Shown: one piece after another, positions 23,517 through 34,780 of the stretch
Layout: every line of letters starts with the position of its first letter
Position numbering within the stretch: the first letter of the stretch is position 1
From: Phoronis australis
Lineage: Eukaryota; Animalia; Phoronida
DNA: 64,000 nucleotides
Direction: 5' to 3'
Assembly (NCBI GenBank): GCA_002633005.1
Contig: NMRA01000330.1
Coordinates: 248,001-312,000, forward strand
Notes under the pieces: model-generated
Told to the model about the DNA's origin: nothing
Databases searched by the model: none
What the model saw: the letters and a program-made list of their open reading frames with translations, nothing else
Position numbers and translations under genes: made by a program

Positions 23517-25430
23517 CTCGCTGGTTCCCTGCGTGTCCGCTAGGAGGAGAGAACACGCAGGTATCATTTAATTTCATGACAGCGTTTTCCAGTTCAGTGA
23601 CTTTACCAGACGTAGGGGGTTCTGATCGTGTGATAACATCTAACTTCTTTGTTAACTGCCAAACACAGCCTTTTGTCTGTTATGACAACAGGCAGGCCAA
23701 TTACCACGCTTATTACAGACCACGTGTGAACACCTTCAAACCCAGAGTGAATTGATACATTCCGAAAAAATAGATTATCGTAACTTTGGTTACAGTTGGG
23801 GGATTTTGGCGATTCAAAGACTAAACATGATCACCATTTGACGACCTTGGATTTCAGAAATCCTATTGGTTTCTGTTCACTGAAATATGTTATAACTCAA
23901 CTTTTATTTTTAACAGCACACCCCAGTCAGGCTAGATACGATCATTGACGATTAGAGCCAATTATCGCACAAAAGAGAGCTGGCTCTCCAACCATGAATG
24001 CCAGAATGGAGTTAATCAGTCTTGTAAGATATTGGCTACAGGGGAAAACTTCCCAACTTGTTGTTGGGCTATAGAATCGAACAAGTTGGGAGCAATGGGA
24101 AAACGTCGTAATGTGTTACAACATTGCCAACCCTCGGCAGCTGACAGAGAGGCTCTGCAGAAAGATTTAGATGGTCTTGCTCTGTAGGCGGACAAGTGGC
24201 TTGCCCAGACAAGTGTAGCTAGTGCTCTCACCGGCCCTAACCAGAACACCCCAAATACAGCCCACCTCCAATGTGCTTCACAACCACACGCTAAAGTCGG
24301 TCAAAGAGGCTAAATATTTGGGCGTTTACCATCTCGCATGACCTCAAATGATCATCTCACATAAACAACATTGAGAAGAAAGCAAATGAAACTCTGGGCT
24401 TTCTTCGACGAAACTTTGCGTATAAAACAATGGGTCGTATCACCTTGGGGAAAACGCATTTACTGTTTGGGACCCTTTTTCCCATAAAAACATTGCAGCT
24501 GTAAAGAAAGTAGGCCTACAGACTGGAGAGCTGGTCGCTGGGTCACGAGACGGTTCAATCGTCTATCCTCTGTTGGTCTATGTTATAAACCTTAAACTGG
24601 CCCACCCTCAGCCACAGATACAAAATCTCTCGGCTGAAAACGTTTTACAAATATGATAAGAAGTTGGTGATCATCAAATCTGATGTTTCCCCTATCACAG
24701 ATCTTGCTGTCTCGCACATCTGTACCAGAAGGTCTTTCCTAGAACAGTCGCGGACTGGAATAGCTTGCCGGGCTGCATTACATTAGTCCGTTCTCTTGAT
24801 ATCTTTGTCAGCAAGCTATCTAGGCCTTTCTGAAGTAACATTAGTGGGGTGCCTCCATTTGGGGCACCTGGTTACTGACTGCCATATCTGTAAACGATCT
24901 AGCTATGTTAAACTACCTCTGAAGTGACGTCCACTATGTACAAATATCCTTTTAAATCTGTTAAAGTTGTAGTCTTTTTTGTTGATCTTCATTGTTATAC
25001 AGTGACATAATACTCTGGAGAGAAAACGAAAAAGAATAATTTTCCTCTGGAATTTTTTTACACCGGAGTTTCTGATTGGTTGGTCAAATTCTCAACAGGT
25101 AGCGCTTTACGCAAACCAACTGGAATGAGGCTGATGGAGGAAGTGTTAATGGGATCTGTTGTACAGACAAATCGGTGCTTAATTCATGTTCGAGAAATAT
25201 GAATCAGAAAATTGTGGTTGCGCCTTTTCGGAGTGCATTTTTCTACTGTCGCAGACTTTAGCTTACACTGCTGTCTTGTATTCACATAGTATGAATAACA
25301 CACTGGTTAAAATCGACCAGATGTGTGTTTACCATGTACATGCATGTATGTGCTTCAAGCACGCGGCTGTTAAACATTACTGCAGAAACGAAATAGTTGC
25401 TGTTACTCCACTTGCATGACAAGGCTAAAC
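23517..25430 (-). mobile_element. MITE family A copy 3 (reverse orientation), split by a ~1.46 kb insertion
   Basis: TIR part at 23517-23575; remainder at ~25037-25430 is the reverse complement of copies 1/2. TAATTT is present at both junctions. Confidence 0.8.
24130..25036 (+). mobile_element. 5'-truncated decayed LINE (RTE-X/CR1-group RT C-terminus plus 3' UTR)
   Basis: Remnants ALQKDLDGL..DKW, AKYLGV, HINNIEKKANETLGFLRRNF, VWDP, LNWPTL; purine-rich tail at ~25020-25036. Confidence 0.75.
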
Positions 25431-26088
25431 AAGAGCAACGCAGAGCGTAGAAAAAAACCACGAATGCAAAGCAAACGGAGTGCTTCTAGGGTTGTTGATT
25501 TGTGTCTTAAAAATGGCTACTAGATAGCACAAAAACAAACGTCCATCCATCCGAAAACAGGAACATGCCATCGCTTTTTAGCAGAAGCTATTTTAATTAC
25601 CAATTAATAAAAGTACATACAGTGGTACAAACTTAACTATGAATCTAACCCTTTTGTTGGGATCTTGGACACCTAAATTTTCAACTCATTTAGCCTAAAA
25701 TAGTACAAAATATGCCATGGGTACATGTTTTGCAACAAAAGTTTTTTAAAACTATAGATCATCTAAATACGTTTTGTAGATTTATTGAAAAGAAAATCTC
25801 TTGTAGTTTTGAAATCCCAATGTGAACTCCTTTAAATGGAATTAAAAAGGCACCCTTTTGCAGGAAATTTTGTCAGAAAGGGCACTCTTTTATAAAGAAG
25901 TTGGTCGTGAAAAAGTCGCACGTCATTATACCCCTTCTGTGGTATACCCTCGGGATCAAATTCTGGTGTTCGCCAAGTGCGAGATAATAGCTACAACAGC
26001 TCATTGGGGAAGTCTTTAGCAAGATATAGTGGTCAACAACATCAAACGACCTCGGCATACCTTGCCAACGTACACTGAATTCCTACAG

Positions 26089-27012
26089 CTAGCAAGCTGA
26101 GACTTGCGTACCACCAAGCTGTCCTTGTCTGACTTCTGTCTGTTCGGGCTGAATTCTTCCCCGCCTCCAAAAACATAGCACCAATATATATCCATCCCTG
26201 AACTCTTTGCTTCGCAACCCATACAAAAAGCTGTTAGTACACGAGTTGCTTAATGCAATCCAACTTCCGATGACGTCAATGAGGCGCGAATTGGGGTCCA
26301 AAAATAATGTAGCGTAGAATGGGGACCAGCAAACAAAGAATACTGACGTTACTAGTAAGAGCGTATTGATGGCTTTACGTTTGCTGTGACTGAGACCGGC
26401 ATTTGATGACCTAATTTTGATGAAGATTTTTGTATAAAAGAAACCAATGAGGATGAGAGGAATAGCAAATCCGAACACAAAAGCCACGGTCTTTGCAGAT
26501 GTGGGCAAATTCCTTTGTTGAAAAACACAAATTCCGCGAAGTCTTACGATTATCACGGATCCTGTTATTAAAAAGAAAGCTGCAACGATTAGCACCATGA
26601 TGATGATGTTCTTCTTGGTGAAAATGGTGCCGTACCGATGGCTTGCGCATACTTTGACGTAACGATTGAAAGCAATAAGCACTATATCGTACACTGACAA
26701 TCCGCAGCAGAACCAGTAAATTCCACGCAGAAAATTGCAAACTAGTGGTTCATTCCTTAGCGTGCTACTACCCAACCAGGCGTTGATCATCTCAATCGGC
26801 ATAATCAAAAGAACAATTAAAAGATCGGCACAGGCAAGTACAAGGATGAAAATATTGCCAGGTCTACCCCTGACGTTCTTCTGAATTAGTACGGCTCCGA
26901 TAATAAGAATGTTTCCTAACAGTCCTGGCAACATCAGAAATGGAGGCAGGCACCTTTCTACCATGGAAATCAGCTTGAATTCACTCGAAAGATTAGCTTG
27001 TGTAAAATTCAT
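26089..27012 (-). CDS. Intronless class A orphan GPCR, 307 aa, paralog of 8637-9575
   Basis: GN, LACAD, IAFNRY, FFVCWSP, NSCTNSFLYG, KEFR; long identical blocks with the + strand paralog (PGNIFILVLA, WFCCGLSVYD, VLIAFNRY, YTKIFIKIR). First ATG at 27012. Confidence 0.93.
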   Translation of the reverse strand: MNFTQANLSSEFKLISMVERCLPPFLMLPGLLGNILIIGAVLIQKNVRGRPGNIFILVLACADLLIVLLIMPIEMINAWLGSSTLRNEPLVCNFLRGIYWFCCGLSVYDIVLIAFNRYVKVCASHRYGTIFTKKNIIIMVLIVAAFFLITGSVIIVRLRGICVFQQRNLPTSAKTVAFVFGFAIPLILIGFFYTKIFIKIRSSNAGLSHSKRKAINTLLLVTSVFFVCWSPFYATLFLDPNSRLIDVIGSWIALSNSCTNSFLYGLRSKEFRDGYILVLCFWRRGRIQPEQTEVRQGQLGGTQVSAC

Positions 27013-28412
27013 GTTTGCTTTGTCTCTGAATGACGGTTTAAATAATTCGATACTTTCGCACCAAACTAGAAGGTCCAAACACAACGGTTGACACGTTGGC
27101 AGAGACAGAAACAGAAATGCGCTTTTGAAAGTTTGTTGTCGATTTTGGAGTTTTCAAATATACCTGTTTCGCTTTCAAAGGTCTTTATCGCAATAATCTT
27201 CAGGGTGCGGTGCTTTGTGTGTAGGCGATGTAACAACTGCTGACAAATCTTCATCCGCTGTAAGAAGTAATCCCTTCTTCGGCGTTTTAATTAGCAGACA
27301 CGCTATGAATGAAGTCGCTTGTGATGACACGGACGACTTACATGGAGTATCAGTATCTCCGTAATTTGACACTTATGCACTGTAATTAGTTCTCACACAG
27401 TCTCTTGTAATAGCAACGACACCTTTCACCCAGCGGCACCTTGCAGTACTGAAAAATAATCTGTCATTGTCTCGTTTTTATTCGTGGCGTTGCGTAACGT
27501 CGACGCACACTATTGGTTCATTGGTTAGGTACAGTGGCTGTAAACACACAGCACTGACGTATTTTCTCCCGACTTCTCTATCGACGGAGATAGTAAGTAT
27601 CCGAGACAGGTAATATGTAACGCGTAGAAAGCAAGTAGCCTCGGCTTATAGGAAGTCCATCGATGGAGATACTCAGTGACATCTGGTTCCGAGGTGGAAT
27701 TTTCATAAGAAGGCAGACGTCTGATAAAAAGGCAGATGAGCCTCTTAAAATGAGTCTTCTCAAAGGTTTCCGCATATCCACAAATTTGTAAAATGCACTA
27801 CAGCGCATGTGCTAAATCTTGCCAGCAGCTCTCCATAAGAAATACATGTGAACGGAATATCATTAGTAATTTAAAGCGTAATTTGCCGATAGCCTGTTGC
27901 AGAGAATGTACTCTAAAACTTATTTTTTACAAATAGTAGCGTTATTGATGAAAATTTTACACGTCCTAAGGTCTGGAGTTTGCTCCGTTCAGGCCTTGTA
28001 AACGATCGTCCGGAGGATAACACTTGAGTGCACAGCTTATTTGAAGTCACGTTTGAGGTGAAATTCCTTTCGCCATCGGATGTGCCGATAGACTAGGTGA
28101 CGACTAAGAGTACACAGAGATTGCTGATACCAACCTTATTGGATTTTAAAAAAAATTTCGATGTCTATTGTGCTGTTGAAAATGGGTCCGGTAAGAAACG
28201 TCATATTCATTTTCCGTTCCGGTGTGATAATGAAAAATGCTTTCAAATTTTGAAAAGCGGTTGATTTTTGGTAGAATAATTCCACACTTTTCGCCAGAAA
28301 ATAGGTGATTTCAAGTCTACTCTCTTTAAAAATTCTTTCGTTTTAGCGCACAAAGCACAAAGAACACGGCAGCGATTTGATTCACCGTTTTCTCGCTCGG
28401 GGAATGTGAAAA

Positions 28413-28965
28413 GTGGGATCAAAATTAGGGACACCAAGGTCGATGACTTGTATTCCAAGCTGGGATTTATGAAAGTAAAACAAAGAAATAAATATCTCTC
28501 TGCCTGTTGTATGTACAGATGATCAATGGCTTGGCTCCAGTATATATCAACCGAAAATTCAATAACAGTCAAGCTGTATATTCTACACGCCCTTCTGTTG
28601 CTGGCAATATTTCTTTTAAAAAAATTAAAACCGAGAGCGGCAAAAGATCTTTTATCTATGCTGCTGCTACAATATGGAATTCTCTTAGCCCAGAAATTAA
28701 ACGGTCCAATTCAATTGATATTTTCAAACGTAATATTAAAAAGTGGCTGTAATTTACCTAACCTTTTTATACCCTACCTGTCTCGATCATGTCATTCTTT
28801 TCATTGCAGTAAATACACTTACTGTCTAGAGGCATCTCTTTATTTATTTCATCTCTCTTAGTTGAATTTTTGCCATTCTTCGTCATGTATTTATTGTCTT
28901 ACTTCTCAACCTACTTTAATTGTATTTTTGTTACGTATATTTCATTGTTGTTTTATTACTTCATT
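28413..28965 (+). mobile_element. L2/CR1-group LINE 3' fragment (older copy); its 3' UTR resumes at 30061-30129
   Basis: Frameshifted GIKIRDTKVDDLYSKLGF..GKRSFIYAAATIWNSL..FKRNIKKWL*, followed by the 3' UTR. Confidence 0.85.
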
Positions 28966-30060
28966 TTATTTATTTTATTTATTTATTTATTATTGTGATA
29001 TTTAAAATGAGGGTGGCCTCATCAGTGATAGCACTGCTTTCCAAGAGGGCCCTCAACAAGAAAAACAGTAATATAATACAATGAAGTAATAAAACAACAA
29101 TGAAATATACGTAACAAAGATACAATTAAAACAGTTAAGGTTGAGAATTAAGACAATAACTAAATGACAAATAATGGTAAAAAATTAACTAAGACAGATG
29201 AAATAAATTAAGAGATGACTCTAGACAATGAGAGTATTTACGACAATGAAAAAATGACATGATTAAGATAGGCAGGGTATAAAAGGTTAAGTAAATTACA
29301 GCCACTTTTTAACATTAACTTTAAAGGTAGTAATTGAGTTGGACCGTTTAATTTCTGGGCTAAAAGAATTCCATATTATAGCAGCTGCATAGATAAAAGA
29401 TCTCTTGCCAGTCTCGGTTTTAATTTTTTTAGAAGAAACATTGCCAGCAACAGAAGAACGTGTAGAATAAACAGCCTGACTGCTATTGAATTTACTGCTG
29501 AGATATGCTGGAGCCAAGCCATTGATACATCTGTATATACAACAGGCAGAGAGATATTTATTTCTTTGTCTTACTTTCATAAATCCCAGCTTGGAGTACA
29601 AGTCGTCAACTCTAGTGTCCCTAATTTTAGTACCCAGGATAGCCCTGGCGGCTCTATTTTGGATTACTTGGACTTTGTTTACAAGTGTGTCACTAGTGTG
29701 CCCCCAAACCGGTAAACAATAATCAATATGAGGCTGAATAATACAATGGTAAAGGGTCTTAAGGGTACGGACATTAAGAAATTTGCCTAGACGTTTAAGT
29801 ACACCGATTTTCTTTGATAATTTCTTTGTGATATGATCTATGTGCATATTAAATTTAAGATTGGGATCTAAAATAAGGCCCAAGTACTTAAACTTGTCAA
29901 CATTCTCGATGGGAGAACCGTTGATAGAAAGGGATAGTTTTTGTTGCTTTAATTTCTGGTGGGTTCCAAACAGCATCGACTTGGTTTTACTAACGTTAAG
30001 AGTGAGTTTATTTTGAATCAGCCAGTCATGGATAATGGCTAGCTCATTGTTGAGAGAAGT
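28966..30060 (-). mobile_element. L2/CR1-group LINE, 5'-truncated younger copy with (TAAA)n tail, inserted antisense into the 3' UTR of the same family
   Basis: Open frame 30060-29296 (TSLNNELAIIHDWLIQNKLTLNVSKTKSMLFG..FKYLGLILD..HIDYCLPVWG..VIQNRAAR..), complete 3' UTR, tail at 28966-28995. Confidence 0.9.
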
Positions 30061-31259
30061 TGTATTATGTTACTGTTTTTCTTGTTGAGGGACCTCTTGG
30101 AAAGCAGTGCTATCACTGAAGAGGCCACCTGAGTTTGACGCCACTGCCACCGTAAACCTCATGAACAGTGACCAATGATCGCACGAGCGTGAAAACATTT
30201 GAGGAAGAGAACAGTTGTTTTCACGCAAGAAACAGACTCCCGCCGTGACTGTTTATCACAGAGACTCTAGTTTGTTCTGTCCTAATATTTGCGTCATCAA
30301 TCCCGGAGAGTTTACTATCAAGATGCATATGCGGGGGGTAGCGTACATGTAGTGGAGAGCAACATCGGGCAAAAATGATAAAACGTATGGCAAAACAAGA
30401 ACATTTGGCAGCATCTGATGGAAAATCACTGGAAAGACGTAACAAAACACGTCATGGAAACAAAGAGAAAATATCTTTCAACTATCCAAAAGGGAAATTA
30501 GATACAGTTGTTTTAAAATACTCAAGACGTTTTCAATGCAAGCACTGCATTAGTAAGACATGTAGCATACAAACAACCACGAATTTTTAACTAAAAATTT
30601 TTCAAATATGGCAAACTTTGGAACATTATTTCTGCGCAGTGAGTGATCTGATTCAAACGAAACAATAAGATACATTTTTTGTAAACTCAAGTTCTCCGAA
30701 ACGTTGATAGGGATTATTTTTGAAATGTCCCGTTGCGTGATGAGCCATGAGATATCTGACTCTTATGATTTTTATGTAAGTTCTCAAAATAAGTTGGTGT
30801 GAAATTCAGTAACATTCACGTCGGACGGATGGAGGTATGACAAACTCGAAGCCGGCTTTTTGAGAACGAAACAGAACAAGGATGGCGAAACGTAAACTTG
30901 TATAGTTCATTAACTCACAAACACGGCCTCCGCCATGAAACACTGTTCACCGACTCACGTAATTACAAACCACGTGCGTGGTGCATAACTCAACAGAGGT
31001 CCCATGGGCCATGCGGAAGGTGCCAGAGCAGTGTTTGCGGCCCAGGGGCCGTGCTTATTGAGTATTGGACGTAATTTGTGAGTGCAAGGCCGTGTTTTTG
31101 AGTCAGAGAACTAAGTTTACGGGTACATGAGTTGTGTGAGTATAGAACTTATGTTCATGAGTCCATGCAGAGCCATTAGTGTTGTTTAGGCATCCTGCAC
31201 TCGTTTGCCAAGAACTCCCATCAACTCATCCATCGGTGGTTCTTTTCTAAAATACACAA

Positions 31260-31430
31260 CAGGGGCTAATCCAGGATTTTGAGTTAGGGGGGAGGGGGCA
31301 GGGCAGAGTATGGGGGGCAGGGCAGAATATTAGCCAGGATTTTGCCCGTCAGACATTCGTTCTCCCGAACTGCATGACAGAGTCTTAGGGGGGGCATGGC
31401 CCCCTTGGCCCCCCTCTAAATCCGCCACGG
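31260..31430 (-). mobile_element. GC-rich MITE family B with 5-bp TSD
   Basis: Ends CAGGGGC...CCGCCACGG; TSD CACAA; reverse-complement homolog at 47922-48078. Confidence 0.85.
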
Positions 31431-31950
31431 CACAATATATCTCAAAACAAATACTCTTTAATAAGATCTTGCTGAGTGCAGTGGTGTAACTGTTCGTGCA
31501 ACCACAGACTATAGATAGCGCGACAATCGGTAGCTGCCGTTTACAAAACGCATTTAAGCTAGAACGACTTAGCTGTGACGCTTCAGGGTTATATAGCACC
31601 TTATCGACAAGTCTGCGTATTTAGCAAAATATCTGATTCTATCTCAGTAAAAGCATTTATTTTCTTAAAGTAGAAAGCCTGTGGAATTTGATTGTGGACT
31701 TTCTACTAATCTGTTATTAATGGGGTCACGTGACCATGTCTTTTTAAAGATATTTAGCAAAGAAGATTGAAAACAAAACAACAGTATCAATAACATGATC
31801 AAACTTTATTTGATATAAATATTCAAGATAAGATTTAAAAAACGCTGTTACAATTTTCTAAAAAAATCATTTCGTTTTTGTTTTATACAGCTTGAAAGAT
31901 TTTTCGAGAAAATCAAAAAAGTCCTATTTTTATAACATTTTGGAGAACAG

Positions 31951-32211
31951 CATGCGCGCACCCAGCCTAAAAATGGGGTGCTCGAATTTTTTGAAAACTT
32001 GGACATTTTACTAAGATTCGCGGGGTACGTTCAGAGCTATGAATTATGCATTCGCCGAATTTTGGTAATTTTTGCCTTTTTAGTGGACTTTTGTCTCGTT
32101 TTCTACTTTCTTCGGGTTTTTTTTTCTCTGAGGCGGACCTTTTTGGACGCTTCGCCAAATGGGGGAGGGGAGGCTCGTTCGATCCCCCCGAGCCCTCTAG
32201 GTGCGCGCATA
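31951..32211 (+). mobile_element. MITE family C with 5-bp TSD
   Basis: TIR CATGCGCGCACC...GGTGCGCGCATA; TSD AACAG; partial homolog at ~33840-34035. Confidence 0.85.
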
Positions 32212-32689
32212 AACAGCACACAGAGCATAGTATTTGGAAGTTTCATATGAAACCGATATGATGTTCTGACGAAGTCAGCCCCAATTTGGCCGTCTTGATT
32301 CTACATAAACCTGAAATAAATACTCGAGTTAAAGCAGTTTTTGTAGTTTGTACCACAGACACGGAGACGGCACTTTGTGTCTATGACTTGTAATAAGTCG
32401 TCTTGCTCGTTTGCCGCCACGTTTTTGGGGATGACTAGCCTGTAGGACTTTGACATCTTGTCCTTTTTGTAACAGTAATTGCAAGCAAAGTAGGCCTATT
32501 TCGTCAGTTTTGGTTTATAATGAGGTCATTGTTACTAAGATTGTAGTTATCACGTGATCTATTGGTTGTGATGAGTTTCCATACTTTCCGTGAAGTTATT
32601 ATCATTTTAATGCACAAATAATCAAAATAAGATAACGTTTTCAAAGAAACTAGTTGTAACGAATAGTTTGTGGAGGTTGGGTAATAATG

Positions 32690-32836
32690 CATGGGAGTCG
32701 CATCATAGGGGTCTGGGGGGGCTATGGCCCCCCACTTATTTTAGTGCTGCCGCGTCGCACATGGTGTCAGGGCGGCGAACCATAGGGGGCTGGGGGATTA
32801 TAGCTCTCCAATTGTGTCAGTGCTTCGCCGCCCATG
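32690..32836 (+). mobile_element. GC-rich dimeric MITE family D
   Basis: CATGGG...CGCCCATG ends; two ~70-bp subunits ending in CAGTGCTGC-like motifs; homologs at 37357, 40575 and 55936. Confidence 0.75.
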
Positions 32837-33884
32837 TAATAAACTAGCAAAAAATAATAACATCGCGCATAACACAAAATTGATCCACAAAAGTAAGGTA
32901 GAAATCCTACAACACTTTTGGACAAATAAGAAATAAAAAATAATTTGAAATTCCACAAATTAATGTGGCTACAAAATTATCCTTCGTAAAAGAAACAATT
33001 CTTAAAACATGAGGCAAAATTGGAAGAGAAGAAGAAGAAGTACAAAACGATACTATCGGTTTTAGGATTCTTAGTAGGATTCTTAGTAGGATTATGTTCT
33101 TGAAATTATAAAAGTTTTACCAAAGCTAAAACAAAAATCTGTTGTACATATGTTAAAACATGAATAAAACAAAAATAATAGCATTTATAAATGGTAGTTT
33201 TCTGTGACATTACGAAAAATGTTTTTAATGGTGACAAAGTTGAGGTAAAATGAAGCTACGAGTTCTTTATGCATAGCAGTTCAAGAGAATGTGGACCTTT
33301 TGCTAAGATTCACGGGGTACGTTCAGAGCTATGAATTGTGCATTCNGTGCTTCGCCGCCCATGTAATAAACTAGCAAAAAATAATAACATCGCGCATAAC
33401 ACAAAATTGATCCACAAATGTAAGGTAGAAATCCTACAACACTTTTGGACAAATAAGAAATAAAAAATAATTTGAAATTCCACAAATTAATGTGGCTACA
33501 AAATTATCCTTCGTAAAAGAAACAATTCTTAAAACATGAGGCAAAATTGGAAGAGAAAAAGAAGAAGTACAAAACGATACTATCGGTTTTAGGATTCTTA
33601 GTAGGATTCTTAGTAGGATTCTAAGTAGGATTATGTTCTTGAAATTATAAAAGTTTTACCAAAGCTAAAACAAAAATCTGTTGTACATATGTTAAAACAT
33701 GAATAAAACAAAAATAATAGCATTTATAAATGGTAGTTTTCTGTGACATTACGAAAAATGTTTTTAATGGTGACAAAGTTGAGGTAAAATGAAGCTACGA
33801 GTTCTTTATGCATAGCAGTTCAAGAGAATGTGGACCTATTGCTAAGATTCACGGGGTACGTTCAGAGCTATGAATTGTGCATTC
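32820..33884 (+). repeat. ~525-bp direct duplication across the single-N join at 33346; probable haplotype overlap artefact
   Basis: 32820-33345 is repeated at 33347-33884 with a few SNPs and one extra AGGATTCTTAGT-like unit. Confidence 0.85.
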
Positions 33885-34749
33885 GACGAATTTTGGTAGT
33901 TCCTGCCTTTTAGTGGACTGTTGTTTCTACGTTTTTTCGGAGCTTTTGTTTCTCCGAGGCGGACCTTTTTGCCCACTTCGCCAAATGGGGAGCTCGTTTG
34001 GGCCCCCCAAGTCCCCCGAACCTCGGTGCGCGCATCAGATCTAACAGTGTGAAAATACGAAATTCGACGAACTAATAAAAGCTCTTGTATGATTCACTTG
34101 AGACAGGCAGCTTAGCTCGCACCTATCCGTCTGCGCTGGCTCTAAGGTCAAGATTCGTTTCAGTTATGATCTAGTTTCGGGAAAACTTAGTTTTATTACG
34201 GTCATTCTTTGAAGGAATTTTTTGAAAAGGTGAGGTACAGAGCCTTTGAGGCTGTTTCAGTATCCCTTGTTGAAACACGACCGTAGACCAATTTTTGGTG
34301 GCTGGGGAAAATGGTTTAGAGTGTGTCCCAAAATGTAGACACTTCAACGCGTGGAGTTCAAATTCAGTTCCCGTGGATCACTTAGATTCTGCGCCGGCCT
34401 ACTGGATGGTAACACTTTATTTTTAACGTGGGTGCGTCAGTCATGACACGCTCCGTCTGTGTAGTTTGCAAGGGAATGGCAAGCCAAGGATTCAATTTTG
34501 AAGAACAAAAATTCATTGCACTGGAAACTAAAAACTAAAAGACAATCTTTGCAAGTTAATAGGCATGAGTTTAATTTAATTTATTTAAGTACTTAAACTT
34601 ATTTTTCGATCAACGCTTTGTGAATTCAAACCAATAATCTAGTTCCTAAGTCAGTAAACAATTTCTTGCCATTTGAACTGCGAGAACATTTTGGTACACT
34701 TTGTAGAGCTGTCCGACATTCAACAGTTTGATTGAAACTTATTTCAGAT

Positions 34750-34780
34750 CATAGATTATAGACGACTATAATAGTCTATG
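34750..34780. mobile_element. 31-bp palindromic micro-element with 7-bp TSD
   Basis: TTCAGAT-[CATAGATTATAGACGACTATAATAGTCTATG]-TTCAGAT. Confidence 0.65.

Noticed and set aside
26411-26740. 109-aa ORF with a His run overlapping the GPCR
   Set aside because: Alternative frame of the GPCR coding sequence with no domain features.
29296-29976. 226-aa ORF as a host gene
   Set aside because: It is the C-terminus of a 5'-truncated LINE ORF2 with its 3' UTR and tail.
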